Assembly (NCBI GenBank): GCA_963796965.1
Contig: CAWCNS010000006.1
Span: 64,001 to 128,000, forward strand
From: Calditrichia bacterium
GTDB taxonomy: Bacteria > Calditrichota > Calditrichia > JAJRVZ01
Reading direction: 5' to 3'
DNA length: 64,000 nucleotides
The translations under genes and the position numbers were made by a program. Numbering within the stretch: position 1 is the first letter of the stretch; each line of letters begins with the position of its first letter. Below, piece by piece: positions 20,425 to 29,176 of the stretch. The notes under the pieces were generated by a model that was not told where the DNA came from, ran no database searches, and saw only the letters and a program-made list of their open reading frames with translations.

Positions 20425-21267
20425 ATGGCTAAAACCAAAGAAAAAGATGTTTTATTGGACCATAATTATGATGGTATCCAGGAGCTTGATAACGATCTAC
20501 CCCCATGGTGGCTTTGGATGTTTTATATTTCCATCATATGGGGTGTCCTTTATATGATCCATTATCATGTCATTGGTACAGGTGATCTATCAGCTGTAGA
20601 ATATGAGAAAGAAATAAATCCTCAATGGGTAGTGACAACATCAGGCAGTGATTTTTCTATTGGCTACAAATCACCTTTTTATAAAACAGGAGAAGACCTT
20701 ACACCACTCGCACGTGTACAGATAGCGTTGGCCCAGGAGAAAGAATCAGCACTTCTTGCCGCCCAAAATATGGACGCAGCAGGGGCCATTAATTTAGAGG
20801 ACATAGGTTTTAATGATATTATTCTGGCAGCAATGCGTGTAGCAGGTCCAGCGGAACTGGAAAAACTGCAAAATGCTTTCCCTGATATTTATGCTACTCA
20901 TATAGCAGGCAGCTCTGGTACATCTGCAGCAGCTTCTGCAGAGCAGGTTGAAGCAATTGAACCATTAACCGATGCAGCCAGTTTGTCTGCCGGGGAAGCC
21001 GCATTTATTACAAATTGTGCAACTTGTCATGGAAAACTAGGCGAAGGGGGTATTGGGCCGAATATGACAGATGACTATTTTATTCATGGACCAAGCATGA
21101 ATGATATGATCAAGGTAATAAATACAGGTGTACCGGCAAAAGGTATGATCTCATGGCGTGGGATTCTAAATGAGGACCAGATTAAACAAGTTGCCAGCTA
21201 TCTCATAACTTTAAAGGGTACGAATCCTCCCAATGCCAAAGCCCCTCAGGGCAATAAAGCAGAATAA
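20425..21267 (+). CDS. ccoP: cbb3 oxidase subunit III (monoheme)
   Basis: DHNYDGIQELDNDLPPWW N-terminus; one CATCH heme motif; GPNMTD; KGMISW. Confidence 0.9.
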   Translation: MAKTKEKDVLLDHNYDGIQELDNDLPPWWLWMFYISIIWGVLYMIHYHVIGTGDLSAVEYEKEINPQWVVTTSGSDFSIGYKSPFYKTGEDLTPLARVQIALAQEKESALLAAQNMDAAGAINLEDIGFNDIILAAMRVAGPAELEKLQNAFPDIYATHIAGSSGTSAAASAEQVEAIEPLTDAASLSAGEAAFITNCATCHGKLGEGGIGPNMTDDYFIHGPSMNDMIKVINTGVPAKGMISWRGILNEDQIKQVASYLITLKGTNPPNAKAPQGNKAE

Positions 21268-21436
21268 TCGTTAGGATTATTTATTATAATATTGCGCTGT
21301 TTGTCTAAATTTTTACTAATAAATAGATTGTTTTTCTCGCAGAGAGACATGAGTTGTCAAGCATCTCAATTTTTTTATTCACCCGGCCCCGTCTACATAA
21401 TTAGTATTGAATAGATGAGGACAGATAAGACTAAAA

Positions 21437-22841
21437 ATGAATCAGATACAAAAAGACACCGAAGCTTACCGGGATAAAGTTGCTACAGTAGATGAATCTG
21501 GAAAGCGGATTTGGATCTACCCCAAAAAACCAAAAGGCAGGCTTACGCGGGCACGTGAAATTGTTGCTGCTTTTCTTCTCCTTTTTTTATTTTTAGCCCC
21601 TTTCATAAAAATTAATGGTCAACAGACTCCTTCTATTTGATATTATCAATAGAAAGTTTATCATATTTGGATTGGTATTCTGGCCTCAGGATTTTCATTT
21701 ATTCGTTCTTGCCACAATTTCCATGGTTGTATTTATCGTGCTTTTTACTGTTTCCTTAGGCCGCTTATGGTGTGGATGGGCCTGTCCACAGACGATTTTC
21801 ATGGAGATGGTCTTCCGCAAAATTGAGTTCTGGATTGAAGGTGATGCACGCAAACAAATTGCATTAAAGAAGGCTCCCTGGACGGGACAAAAAATTTTCA
21901 AAAAGACACTAAAACATTTTATATTCTATGGTATCTCTTTTCTTATTGGAAATACTTTCCTTGCCTATATCATTGGTGCTGACGCGCTATTTAAAATTAT
22001 GACTGATCCACCTGCGGAGCATTTAGCGGGTCTTTTGGCTATGATAATTTTTAGTACAGTCTTTTATGGCGTTTTCGCCTTCTTTAGAGAACAAGTTTGT
22101 ACCATGGTTTGCCCCTATGGTCGACTGCAGGGCGTTTTACTCGATCCAAATTCAATTGTGGTAGCCTATGACTTTAAGCGTGGTGAACCGCGCGGTCGAT
22201 TTAAGAAACAGCAAAAAAGAACGGAAAATGGGGATTGTGTCGATTGTCACCAATGCGTCGAGGTATGCCCAACAGGTATTGATATAAGAAATGGGACACA
22301 GTTGGAATGCATCAATTGTACGGCATGTATAGACGCCTGTAACACCGTAATGTCAAAATTGAATTGGCCAAGCGGTCTTATCCGTTATGCCTCCTTCAAT
22401 GGGATTGATCAAGGAACCAAACTTAGAATAACGCCACGTATCGTGGGATATTCAACCATATTGCTAATTCTTATATTCGTCACCGGATTTTTTCTCTTAA
22501 GCCGTACGGATGTGGAAACTACTATTTTGCGTACACCCGGACTTATGTATCAGGAGACTGAAAATGGAAAAATTTCCAATCTGTATAATTTAAAAATCAT
22601 CAACAAAACCCATGAGTCCAAGTCAATTGAATTACGTCTTAAGTCTCCAAAAGGAGAGATAAAGATTGTTGGTGGTCCATTATTGGTTCCGGATAGTGGT
22701 ATGTTTGAATCGGCTTTTTTTGTGGAAATACCAACGAATAATATTAAATTTTCTCCTATTCCACTCTATATTGAAATTTTTTCCGGTAATGAATTGTTAG
22801 ATGAGGTTAGATCTTCATTCATTGGACCGATAGGGAAATAA
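21437..22841 (+). CDS. ccoG: cbb3 accessory 4Fe-4S protein, frameshifted near 21625
   Basis: ORFs 21437..21640 and 21615..22841 join; GRLWCGWACPQT, CPYGRLQ, CVDCHQCVEVCPTGIDIR, CINCTACIDAC. Confidence 0.93.
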
Positions 22842-22842
22842 G

Positions 22843-22870
22843 CCGGGTATTGAGTACCAAGAACCGGGAA
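22843..22870. repeat. Degenerate heptamer run related to the 845-888 array
   Basis: ccgggta ttgagta ccaagaa ccgggaa between ccoG and ccoH. Confidence 0.5.
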
Positions 22871-22878
22871 TCAAAACA

Positions 22879-23343
22879 ATGAGCAATATCATGGATAGAA
22901 AGAGTCATTGGCCAATCGTCATCTCCATTATTTATATATCATTTATGTCCGTATTTATTGGAATTGTTATATTCTCAACCTTTAATAAAGTTGATCTTGT
23001 TACAGAAGATTATTATGAGCAAGAAATAAAATACCAGCAACAGATAGACAGGATTAGCCGGACAAATTCACTATCTGTCCCAGTAAATTGGTATTATGAT
23101 AAAAACAAAAGACAAATAAAAATCCAGTTCCCTGAAGAAATAAATTTTAAGGATGTTGAGGGAAATATACTCTTTTTTAGACCCTCTGATGCTAAACAAG
23201 ATAAGGTTATAGCCCTGCGCTTATCTTCAGAAAATAGTCAAACCATCAGTACCCAACATCTTGTTCCAGGTCTTTGGAAACTAAAAATCTTCTGGCAGGT
23301 AATGCAAACTGAATTTTATACGGAAGGGACTTTGATAATTTAA
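22879..23343 (+). CDS. ccoH: FixH/CcoH family protein
   Basis: TM then DLVTEDYYEQEIKYQQQID, RPSDAKQD, GLWKLKI. Confidence 0.88.
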   Translation: MSNIMDRKSHWPIVISIIYISFMSVFIGIVIFSTFNKVDLVTEDYYEQEIKYQQQIDRISRTNSLSVPVNWYYDKNKRQIKIQFPEEINFKDVEGNILFFRPSDAKQDKVIALRLSSENSQTISTQHLVPGLWKLKIFWQVMQTEFYTEGTLII

Positions 23344-23744
23344 TGAATACACCTATCGCGCCTGATCCTTTTAAACAGTGTTCCTATTGTAATATAGTCT
23401 GGTCAACCAGAGATGAGTTTCTGAGTGATAGTGCTATCCGATTAATTGGATATCAACCACATTATAAAAATATGGAAGAGGGATTGTTTTTATTTAATCA
23501 TCTTGATTGTAATTCAACATTGTCAATTATAAGTCAGAAATTTAGAGATTTGTATACAGGACCGCTATACACAAGCAGCAAACTCGATGATGAACAATTG
23601 AATTATGATGATTGTCCTGATTTTTGTCTTTTTAAAAACAAAATGAAAGGATGTCTGCAACAATGTGAACGTGCGTTTGTCAGTGAAATTATCCAGGTCC
23701 TCTCCATGTGGGGAAAAGAAAAGAAAGTGGAGGGTGAAGAGTAG
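23343..23744 (+). CDS. Cysteine-rich hypothetical protein, translationally coupled to ccoH
   Basis: TAATG stop/start overlap; CSYC, HLDC, CPDFC and CLQQC motifs. Confidence 0.75.
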   Translation: MNTPIAPDPFKQCSYCNIVWSTRDEFLSDSAIRLIGYQPHYKNMEEGLFLFNHLDCNSTLSIISQKFRDLYTGPLYTSSKLDDEQLNYDDCPDFCLFKNKMKGCLQQCERAFVSEIIQVLSMWGKEKKVEGEE

Positions 23745-23751
23745 CGGTTAA

Positions 23752-23814
23752 CGGGATTCGGGATTCGGGATTCGGGATTCGGGATTCGGGATTCGGGATT
23801 CGGGATTCGGGATT
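23752..23814. repeat. Perfect tandem heptamer array (CGGGATT)9
   Basis: Nine identical units; a degenerate reverse-complement run (tatctcg tatcgcg catctca tatctcg) lies at about 23860-23887. Confidence 0.97.
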
Positions 23815-23889
23815 AAAAAAAATTTTTGCGTTTATAGCTTCTTGTCAAATGTTTATTTTTATCTCGTATCGCGCATCTCATATCTCGAA

Positions 23890-24120
23890 TTAAATATCTT
23901 TAAACAAATCCTCTAATATAGCTCTTCCTTTTTCTTCATCTTTTTTCATCACATAAATATCTGCCAAACCTTTTTGCCCTATAAATAATCCGTCATATGC
24001 CGTATCGTAATTACTTCTAATTTGTACTTCAATTCCCGCATTTTTGAAGGTCTCTTCAAGAAGAGGCATTAGAGTCTCATCTTTTTTGTCCAGAGTGAAT
24101 ATTTTAACGGTATCTTCCAA
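23890..24120 (-). CDS. Small DUF2007-like (putative signal-transducing) protein
   Basis: AGGAGG RBS before TTG; LEETFKNAGI..SNYDTAYDGLF..IYVMKKDEEKGRAIL pattern. Confidence 0.65.
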   Translation of the reverse strand: MEDTVKIFTLDKKDETLMPLLEETFKNAGIEVQIRSNYDTAYDGLFIGQKGLADIYVMKKDEEKGRAILEDLFKDI

Positions 24121-24245
24121 TTTTCCTCCTTCGCATAGGCCTGATCATCATCGACTAAATATTACCACCAAATGTTCTGCATCGCAACTCCTAATGTAAA
24201 ATATAAAGATTAACTACTATGGATAATTTTTATTTCATGATTCAT

Positions 24246-24273
24246 GGAATAATCTTATTTTACCCTTGTCTAA
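24246..24273 (+). promoter_or_regulatory. Putative ECF-sigma promoter, copy 1 (autoregulatory)
   Basis: GGAATA-atcttattttaccc-TTGTCTAA, 28 bp before the ECF sigma ATG; same motif and spacing at 26361 and 32485. Confidence 0.8.
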
Positions 24274-24301
24274 CTGTTTGAATGTCAAAAAAAGCGAAAT
24301 T

Positions 24302-24851
24302 ATGGAAGATGCGCAGATTCTGCAGGATATAAAATCCGGAAACACCGATCTGTATAAACAGCTGAATTTTAAAATATGAATCTTTAGTTGCTGGTACAGT
24401 AATCGGAATGATCGGAAATTGCTCTGAGGCAGAGGATATAGGCCAGGAAGTATTTATCCGTTTCTACAAAGCAATAAATAACTTCCGTGGCGATTCTTCT
24501 GTTGGAACATATCTAACGCGCATTGCAATAAATTTATCAATCAACGAGATCAAACGACGCAAGCGGAAAAATCTATTTTTCAAGCCCAATAATGAACAAA
24601 TTCTGGATATCGTTGATACTGAGAGTAAAAGTGACTACGATGATTCCAGAGAGATGGTACAAAAAGCGATTCAAAAATTAGAACCAAAATTCCGTTCCGT
24701 TATTGTTTTGCGTCTGATAGATGGCTATTCAACGGATGAAACGGCAAAAACATTGAATATTCCTCTGGGTACAGTCCTTTCCAGGCTTTCCCGGGGACAA
24801 CAAAAACTTAAAGAATTACTTTCACCATTAATGGAGATAAACAATGGATGA
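24302..24851 (+). CDS. ECF RNA polymerase sigma-70 factor, frameshifted near 24365
   Basis: MEDAQILQDIKSGNTDLYKQL joins ILKYESLVAGTVIGM after removing one A; AEDIGQEVF, FRGDSSVGTYLTRIAIN, GTVLSRLSRG. Confidence 0.92.
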
Positions 24852-25272
24852 AAAGATTAAAGAATTGTTATACCGTTCTTTTGACGAAACATTAAAACCT
24901 GAGGATAGCGAGAAACTTGAGCAAGCTTTGGCAAGTTCTGATGAGCTCCTAAAGGAAAAACAAGAAATCGCCAATCTCAGGGGTCAGTTATATGAAACCA
25001 AGTCAACACAATTTAAGCCATTCTTTGCAGAGCGTGTCCTAACCAAGATACACGCATCTATCAATAGCAAAGAAGAGGACACATTCTTTGATTCCCTATT
25101 TGTTCTATTTAGACCGGTAGCAATTGCAGCTGCTGTTTTAATAATTATCTTTGCCGGATATAATGTTACCGCTTCCGGGCAAATCTCTCTGGAAGGAGCA
25201 TTAGCTATACCTGAGGTAACCCTGGATGACGCTTATGATACCTCATTAGCAGTGGTGATGGAGGAGGAATGA
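24844..25272 (+). CDS. Putative single-TM anti-sigma factor
   Basis: Overlaps the sigma stop; short helical N-domain, FAERVL motif, one TM, acidic periplasmic tail. Confidence 0.75.
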   Translation: MDEKIKELLYRSFDETLKPEDSEKLEQALASSDELLKEKQEIANLRGQLYETKSTQFKPFFAERVLTKIHASINSKEEDTFFDSLFVLFRPVAIAAAVLIIIFAGYNVTASGQISLEGALAIPEVTLDDAYDTSLAVVMEEE

Positions 25273-25676
25273 TGAACACAAAAACAAAATCAACAGTTGT
25301 TCTTATTGGTGTACTTTTTATTGGAATTATCATCGGAGCACTGGGTAGTTCCGCGCTGAGGCGAAATATGTGGGAAGATAGAATCGCAAAATTCCGTTCG
25401 CCTCAGGGGTTTACAGAAAGATTTATAAAAATAATTGAGCCAGATCCACAGCAGGAAGAAGCGATTCAAGAGATTTTACTCAAACATCATGATAAAATGT
25501 TTACGATGACCGAGAGATCACGCCAGAGGATGAAAAGTCATGCCGACTCCTTACTCATCGAACTAGAACCATTTCTAACTACGGAACAGATGGAACGCGC
25601 CAAAAAAATATTGCGGAGAGGCCCCAGACCTTTTAGCCCAAGACACGATCGCCGGAAAGAGAGAGAGGAAGAATAG
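25269..25676 (+). CDS. Membrane-anchored periplasmic helical protein (Spy/CpxP/CnrX-like, LTxxQ motif)
   Basis: ATGA overlap with the anti-sigma; N-terminal TM, His/Met-containing helices, FLTTEQ. Confidence 0.7.
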   Translation: MMNTKTKSTVVLIGVLFIGIIIGALGSSALRRNMWEDRIAKFRSPQGFTERFIKIIEPDPQQEEAIQEILLKHHDKMFTMTERSRQRMKSHADSLLIELEPFLTTEQMERAKKILRRGPRPFSPRHDRRKEREEE

Positions 25677-25677
25677 A

Positions 25678-25773
25678 GACCAATAATCAATATTCAAGTA
25701 TTAGAAGATTTTTATGTTCGAATTTACTATTGTTGTTCGGTTGGATATTCGCTGTTGAATATTCGATATTTTT
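25678..25773. repeat. Empty inverted heptamer cassette (AATATTC/AATATCC family)
   Basis: Left arm caataatcaatattcaagt; right arm ttcggttggatattcgctgttgaatattcgatattt. Confidence 0.75.
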
Positions 25774-25789
25774 ATCTTGATGACAGGTT

Positions 25790-26265
25790 AAAATATCCAA
25801 TAATCATCAGAGAATTTCGAATGATCAAATACACTATTACTCATTTATGACTTTTAAGATGTTTCCTCGCTGTCTCTATAGAACAATATATTATAGATAT
25901 TAATTCTTCATTTTCAGATAGAATTGGTAGGAGTTTTGATTTCGGTGTAATCAATTCTGTTCTAATTATTATAATCAGCCAAACTTTGGTTTCCCTCAAT
26001 TCCTTCAGAGACTATTTTAAGTTTGTGAATAAAATCAGATATTGACTCTGCTCCCTGCGCTTCACCATGATTTGGAGCAGGAGAAGTGCCACTTCTTAAT
26101 ATTTGATTCTGAATTTGCTTACCAGTTTTTGAATTCGGTAATGATTCTGCAACTTTTATAATTCTATCCTGGAGATCAAATTTCTGCAAACTCACCTTTA
26201 TTCCTCTCTTAATAAATACAGAACTTTTTCTGTTGGATATTCAGCGGTGGATATTGGATATTTAA
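25790..26265. mobile_element. Four-helix-bundle gene cassette bounded by inverted degenerate heptamer arms
   Basis: Left arm aaatatccaataatcatcagagaatttcgaatgatcaaat (about 25790-25830) and right arm ttggatattcagcggtggatattggatattt (about 26233-26263) enclose the gene; same-family empty arm pairs lie nearby. Confidence 0.55.
25841..26195 (-). CDS. Four-helix-bundle protein (23S rRNA IVS protein / TIGR02436-like), frameshifted near 26010, possibly decayed
   Basis: QILRSGTSPAPNHGEAQGAES.SDFIHKLKI joins LKELRETKVWL...SENEELISI..SIETARK after removing one base; stop at 25841. Confidence 0.8.
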
Positions 26266-26360
26266 TTCTTAACCCTATACTCAAATATCCAAGTTCAACA
26301 GTAAATATCCAAGTATCAAGTATCTACTTACTGGAATATTCATGGCAATTCTCATGCCAG

Positions 26361-26388
26361 GGAATAAAATTTTGCCTTCCTTGTCTAA
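26361..26388 (+). promoter_or_regulatory. Putative ECF-sigma promoter, copy 2
   Basis: GGAATA-aaattttgccttcc-TTGTCTAA, 22 bp before ATG 26411. Confidence 0.8.
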
Positions 26389-26410
26389 CGCGATAAAGAC
26401 AGGAGAAAAC

Positions 26411-26644
26411 ATGGCCAATACATCAAATCAGAATAATAATCATATCACAACCGATGATCTTGCTTTTTCAGCCTATCTGAAAATGCAAGGTTATCCACTC
26501 ATCAAATCAAATAATATGCAATCAAAAAAGATTTTTGTGTTTAATATTGAAAAAAGTAAAGCGGACGCGCTGAAACTTGAATTCATAAACAGTGAATTTC
26601 TGAATTTTTATAATGAGTTAAGAAACATCAAGAAGATTTTGTGA
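26411..26644 (+). CDS. Small DUF5659-like protein
   Basis: AGGAG RBS before ATG 26411; TTDDLAFSAYLKMQGYPL...KKIFVF...FYNELRNIKK resembles DUF5659 (recognition only, not searched). Confidence 0.65.
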   Translation: MANTSNQNNNHITTDDLAFSAYLKMQGYPLIKSNNMQSKKIFVFNIEKSKADALKLEFINSEFLNFYNELRNIKKIL

Positions 26645-26658
26645 TTAAGGAGATTGAA

Positions 26659-27961
26659 ATGAAAGTAACTATAAGAATATTTATGGTAGTTTTAGACTGC
26701 ATTTTTATTTACAGTATTAATAAACCTCGACGGATTATATGCGGATGGTCCCAGGAATGGTCAACAACCATTTAAATTTATGGAGCAATTAAATGATGAC
26801 CAAAAAGAAGAGGTCAAAACTATGATCTCTGAATTGAAAGAGGATGGTGCAACCAGGATGGAAATTCGAGATGCCGTTAGAGAAAAAATGCAAGAATATG
26901 GAATTGAATTGCCCGAAAGAAGTGAAAGAGGGCGAAGAGGTCCCAATGGCCCTGGTTTGGACATGATATCTGATCAACTTACTGAAGAACAGAGAACTGC
27001 GATAAAAGATAAAATCGAATCCATGCGGGAAGAGGGAGCCGATAGGAAAGAAATCCAAAAAGAAGTTCACGCCATGCTGGAAAGCTACGGTGTTGAAGTT
27101 CCGGAGCATGCTTTTAGAGGACCTCGGGGTGGCAGGCAGCCTGGCTGGAAATTCCTGGCAAAAGATCTTTCCGATGAGCAAAAAACTGCTATAAAAGATA
27201 AAGTAGAGTCAATGAAAGAAGAAGGTGCTGATCGGAAAGAAATACATGAGGAAGTTCGCAAGATGTTAGAAGGCTTCGGTGTAGAAGTACCCGATCACTT
27301 TGGGGACAGACCGCCTCGTGGTATGCGACATGGCTGGAAATTCTTTGGCGCTGATCTTTCCAATGAGCAAAAACAGGCTATCAAAGAAGAAGTAAAATCC
27401 ATGCGGGAAAGCGATGCCAGCAGAGAAGAGATCCATGAAGCTGTTACTCAAATGCTAAAAGATTATGGGATTGAAATACCAAAGGATCTTGAGAAACACA
27501 GGACGATGATGAAAAATCTCAACGAAGACCAGAGGAAAGAAGTACGGAAAACTGTCCAGACGATGAGGAAGGATGGGGCATCACGAGACGAAATTCATGA
27601 TGCAGTGCAGCAACTTCTCAAAGAGTATGGTATTGATCCCAACAATCTTGAAGAAGATTCTAATCCAGATGTAAATAATTCTGAGAATGGCCTGAGCATT
27701 CAAAATTTTCCCAATCCATTCAATCCTGAGACCAATATTCAATACAATTTGCATTCAGATAGTGAAGTGAATATTCAAATCTTTGATGTTCAGGGTAAAC
27801 GGGTGCGATCGCTGGTAAATGAACATCAATCAGCCGGCAGCCATACCTTACGCTGGGATGGATTAAGTGATAACGGCAACCACGTACCCTCAGGTGTGTA
27901 CTTTTTAAGATTATCCACAGGCAGTGAAACGGTAAGTACACGAATTGTAATGACCAAATAA
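26659..27961 (+). CDS. Secreted protein with five LTxxQ-type helical repeats and a C-terminal FlgD-Ig/T9SS-type sorting domain; frameshift in the signal peptide near 26695
   Basis: AAGGAG then ATG 26659; MKVTIRIFMVVL joins TAFLFTVLINLDGLYA-DGP; five ~42-aa repeats; QNFPNPFNPET...WDG...SGVYFLRL. Confidence 0.85.
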
Positions 27962-27971
27962 TTAGTCAATT

Positions 27972-28003
27972 GTAGGGGCAGACCCACGTGTCTGCCCTTT
28001 TTT
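27972..28003 (+). terminator. REP-like GTAG palindrome that also forms an intrinsic terminator
   Basis: GTAG-GGGCAGAC-CCACGT-GTCTGCCC followed by TTTTTT, just after the stop at 27961. Confidence 0.75.
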
Positions 28004-28006
28004 CTA

Positions 28007-28106
28007 AATAATCAATATTCAACACCCAATATTCAATAATCAAGTACTTCTTCGGTTGGGTGTTCCTTGTTGTCCGAAGGACTCCTCTGGAGGATATTGG
28101 ATATTT
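28007..28106. repeat. Empty inverted heptamer cassette with a nested 20-bp palindromic insertion
   Basis: Left arm aataatcaatattcaacacccaatattcaataatcaagt; right arm ttcggttgggtgttccttgttg[tccgaaggactcctctggag]gatattggatattt. Confidence 0.75.
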
Positions 28107-28173
28107 AAATCCTGTAAATATTCATTGCCGTACATTTTGCTAACGTGTTTTTGTTTTTGGAAGGGAAAAGCGA

Positions 28174-29010
28174 ATGAGAATTTTTAAGCCATATGGGTAT
28201 ATTTTAATTTTAATGCTGTCTACCTTTTGGGGATGTGGTGAAACAATAGAGAGCACCTGGAAAGACCAACCAATCCTCGTTGATGGCAAAGGGGATGAAT
28301 GGAGTAATTATCCTCTTCAATATAATGAAGACCTAAATATTGTCTATGGTATTGTAAACAATGATAGCGCCTTGTATTGCATGATTCGTTTCAATGACCA
28401 GCAATTAGCCAGAATGATGGCCGTACGTGGGTTTACTTTATGGGTAAATGAATCAGATGACGAAAAAAAATTATTGGGCATCCACTATCGGGATGAGAAC
28501 CTGCGTGAAGACCTCGTTAAAATGTTTCGATCTGGCAGTCAGCGACAGCAAAGAGAACAGAAAGATCCCTCTCAGCAAGTGATCTACCCAAAAGGCCGAT
28601 TTATACTCGCCTATAATGACTCAATATCCGATATCGATTTAAATAATATTTATGGAATGAACGCCTCGGCTGGCCTTGATGGGGGTTTATATTGCTACGA
28701 ATTCAATATTTCTATAAAGGAAAGTCCAAAAATTGCGCATTATCTTGACGTAACTACCGGAGAATCAATCAAAATTGGAATGGAAATCGCCGCTGTCAGC
28801 GAGGAAGATCAGGAAAAACTCAAAAAAGAAATGGAAAAGAACCGTGAATCCATGGGTAGCGGACGTGGTGGCGGCAGAGGCGGTGGTATGCGTAGTGGTG
28901 GTGGAAAAGCTGGTGGCCGTGGTGGTGGCGGCATGCGGGGAGGCGGTCAGCAAATGCCTGATATGGATGGAGAAGAAATGTGGGTTACGGTAAAGCTGGC
29001 CCAGGATTAA
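28174..29010 (+). CDS. Hypothetical lipoprotein with a Gly/Arg/Met-rich low-complexity loop
   Basis: Lipobox FWGC; VDGKGDEW; C-terminal GGGRGGGMR tract then MWVTVKLA. Confidence 0.75.
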   Translation: MRIFKPYGYILILMLSTFWGCGETIESTWKDQPILVDGKGDEWSNYPLQYNEDLNIVYGIVNNDSALYCMIRFNDQQLARMMAVRGFTLWVNESDDEKKLLGIHYRDENLREDLVKMFRSGSQRQQREQKDPSQQVIYPKGRFILAYNDSISDIDLNNIYGMNASAGLDGGLYCYEFNISIKESPKIAHYLDVTTGESIKIGMEIAAVSEEDQEKLKKEMEKNRESMGSGRGGGRGGGMRSGGGKAGGRGGGGMRGGGQQMPDMDGEEMWVTVKLAQD

Positions 29011-29083
29011 ATATTCAATTTTCAAGTATTTGAAAATTGTACATTCGCTGTTGGATATTGGATATTGATTATTGAATATTCTT
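29010..29083. repeat. Empty inverted heptamer cassette (AATATTC family)
   Basis: aatattcaattttcaagt ... attcgctgttggatattggatattgattattgaatatt. Confidence 0.7.
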
Positions 29084-29176
29084 CCTTCCCAATGCATCTC
29101 CCTGCAAAAAATTTCGTATATTTACCCTGCATATTATTACCAGGTAAACCATATCGAATAGAACGGAGCTTATTTT

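Noticed and set aside
23752..23814. Possible CRISPR array
   Set aside because: Contiguous 7-bp units with no spacers and no cas genes; a simple tandem repeat.
26343..26358. Sigma-54 promoter-like TGGCAATTCTCATGCC
   Set aside because: GG-N10-GC spacing fits but flanking consensus is weak, and it directly abuts a much better supported ECF promoter.
26342..26410. Longer N-terminus for the DUF5659-like ORF
   Set aside because: It overlaps the ECF promoter; ATG 26411 has a clear AGGAG RBS.
28855..28950. GGT/GGC-rich DNA as a non-coding repeat
   Set aside because: It simply encodes the Gly-rich loop of the lipoprotein.
25678..29083. Possible CRISPR or DGR template/variable repeats near an Avd-like protein
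   Set aside because: Arms are short, degenerate, inverted and irregularly spaced. There is no reverse transcriptase and no long repeat pair with adenine-specific differences.
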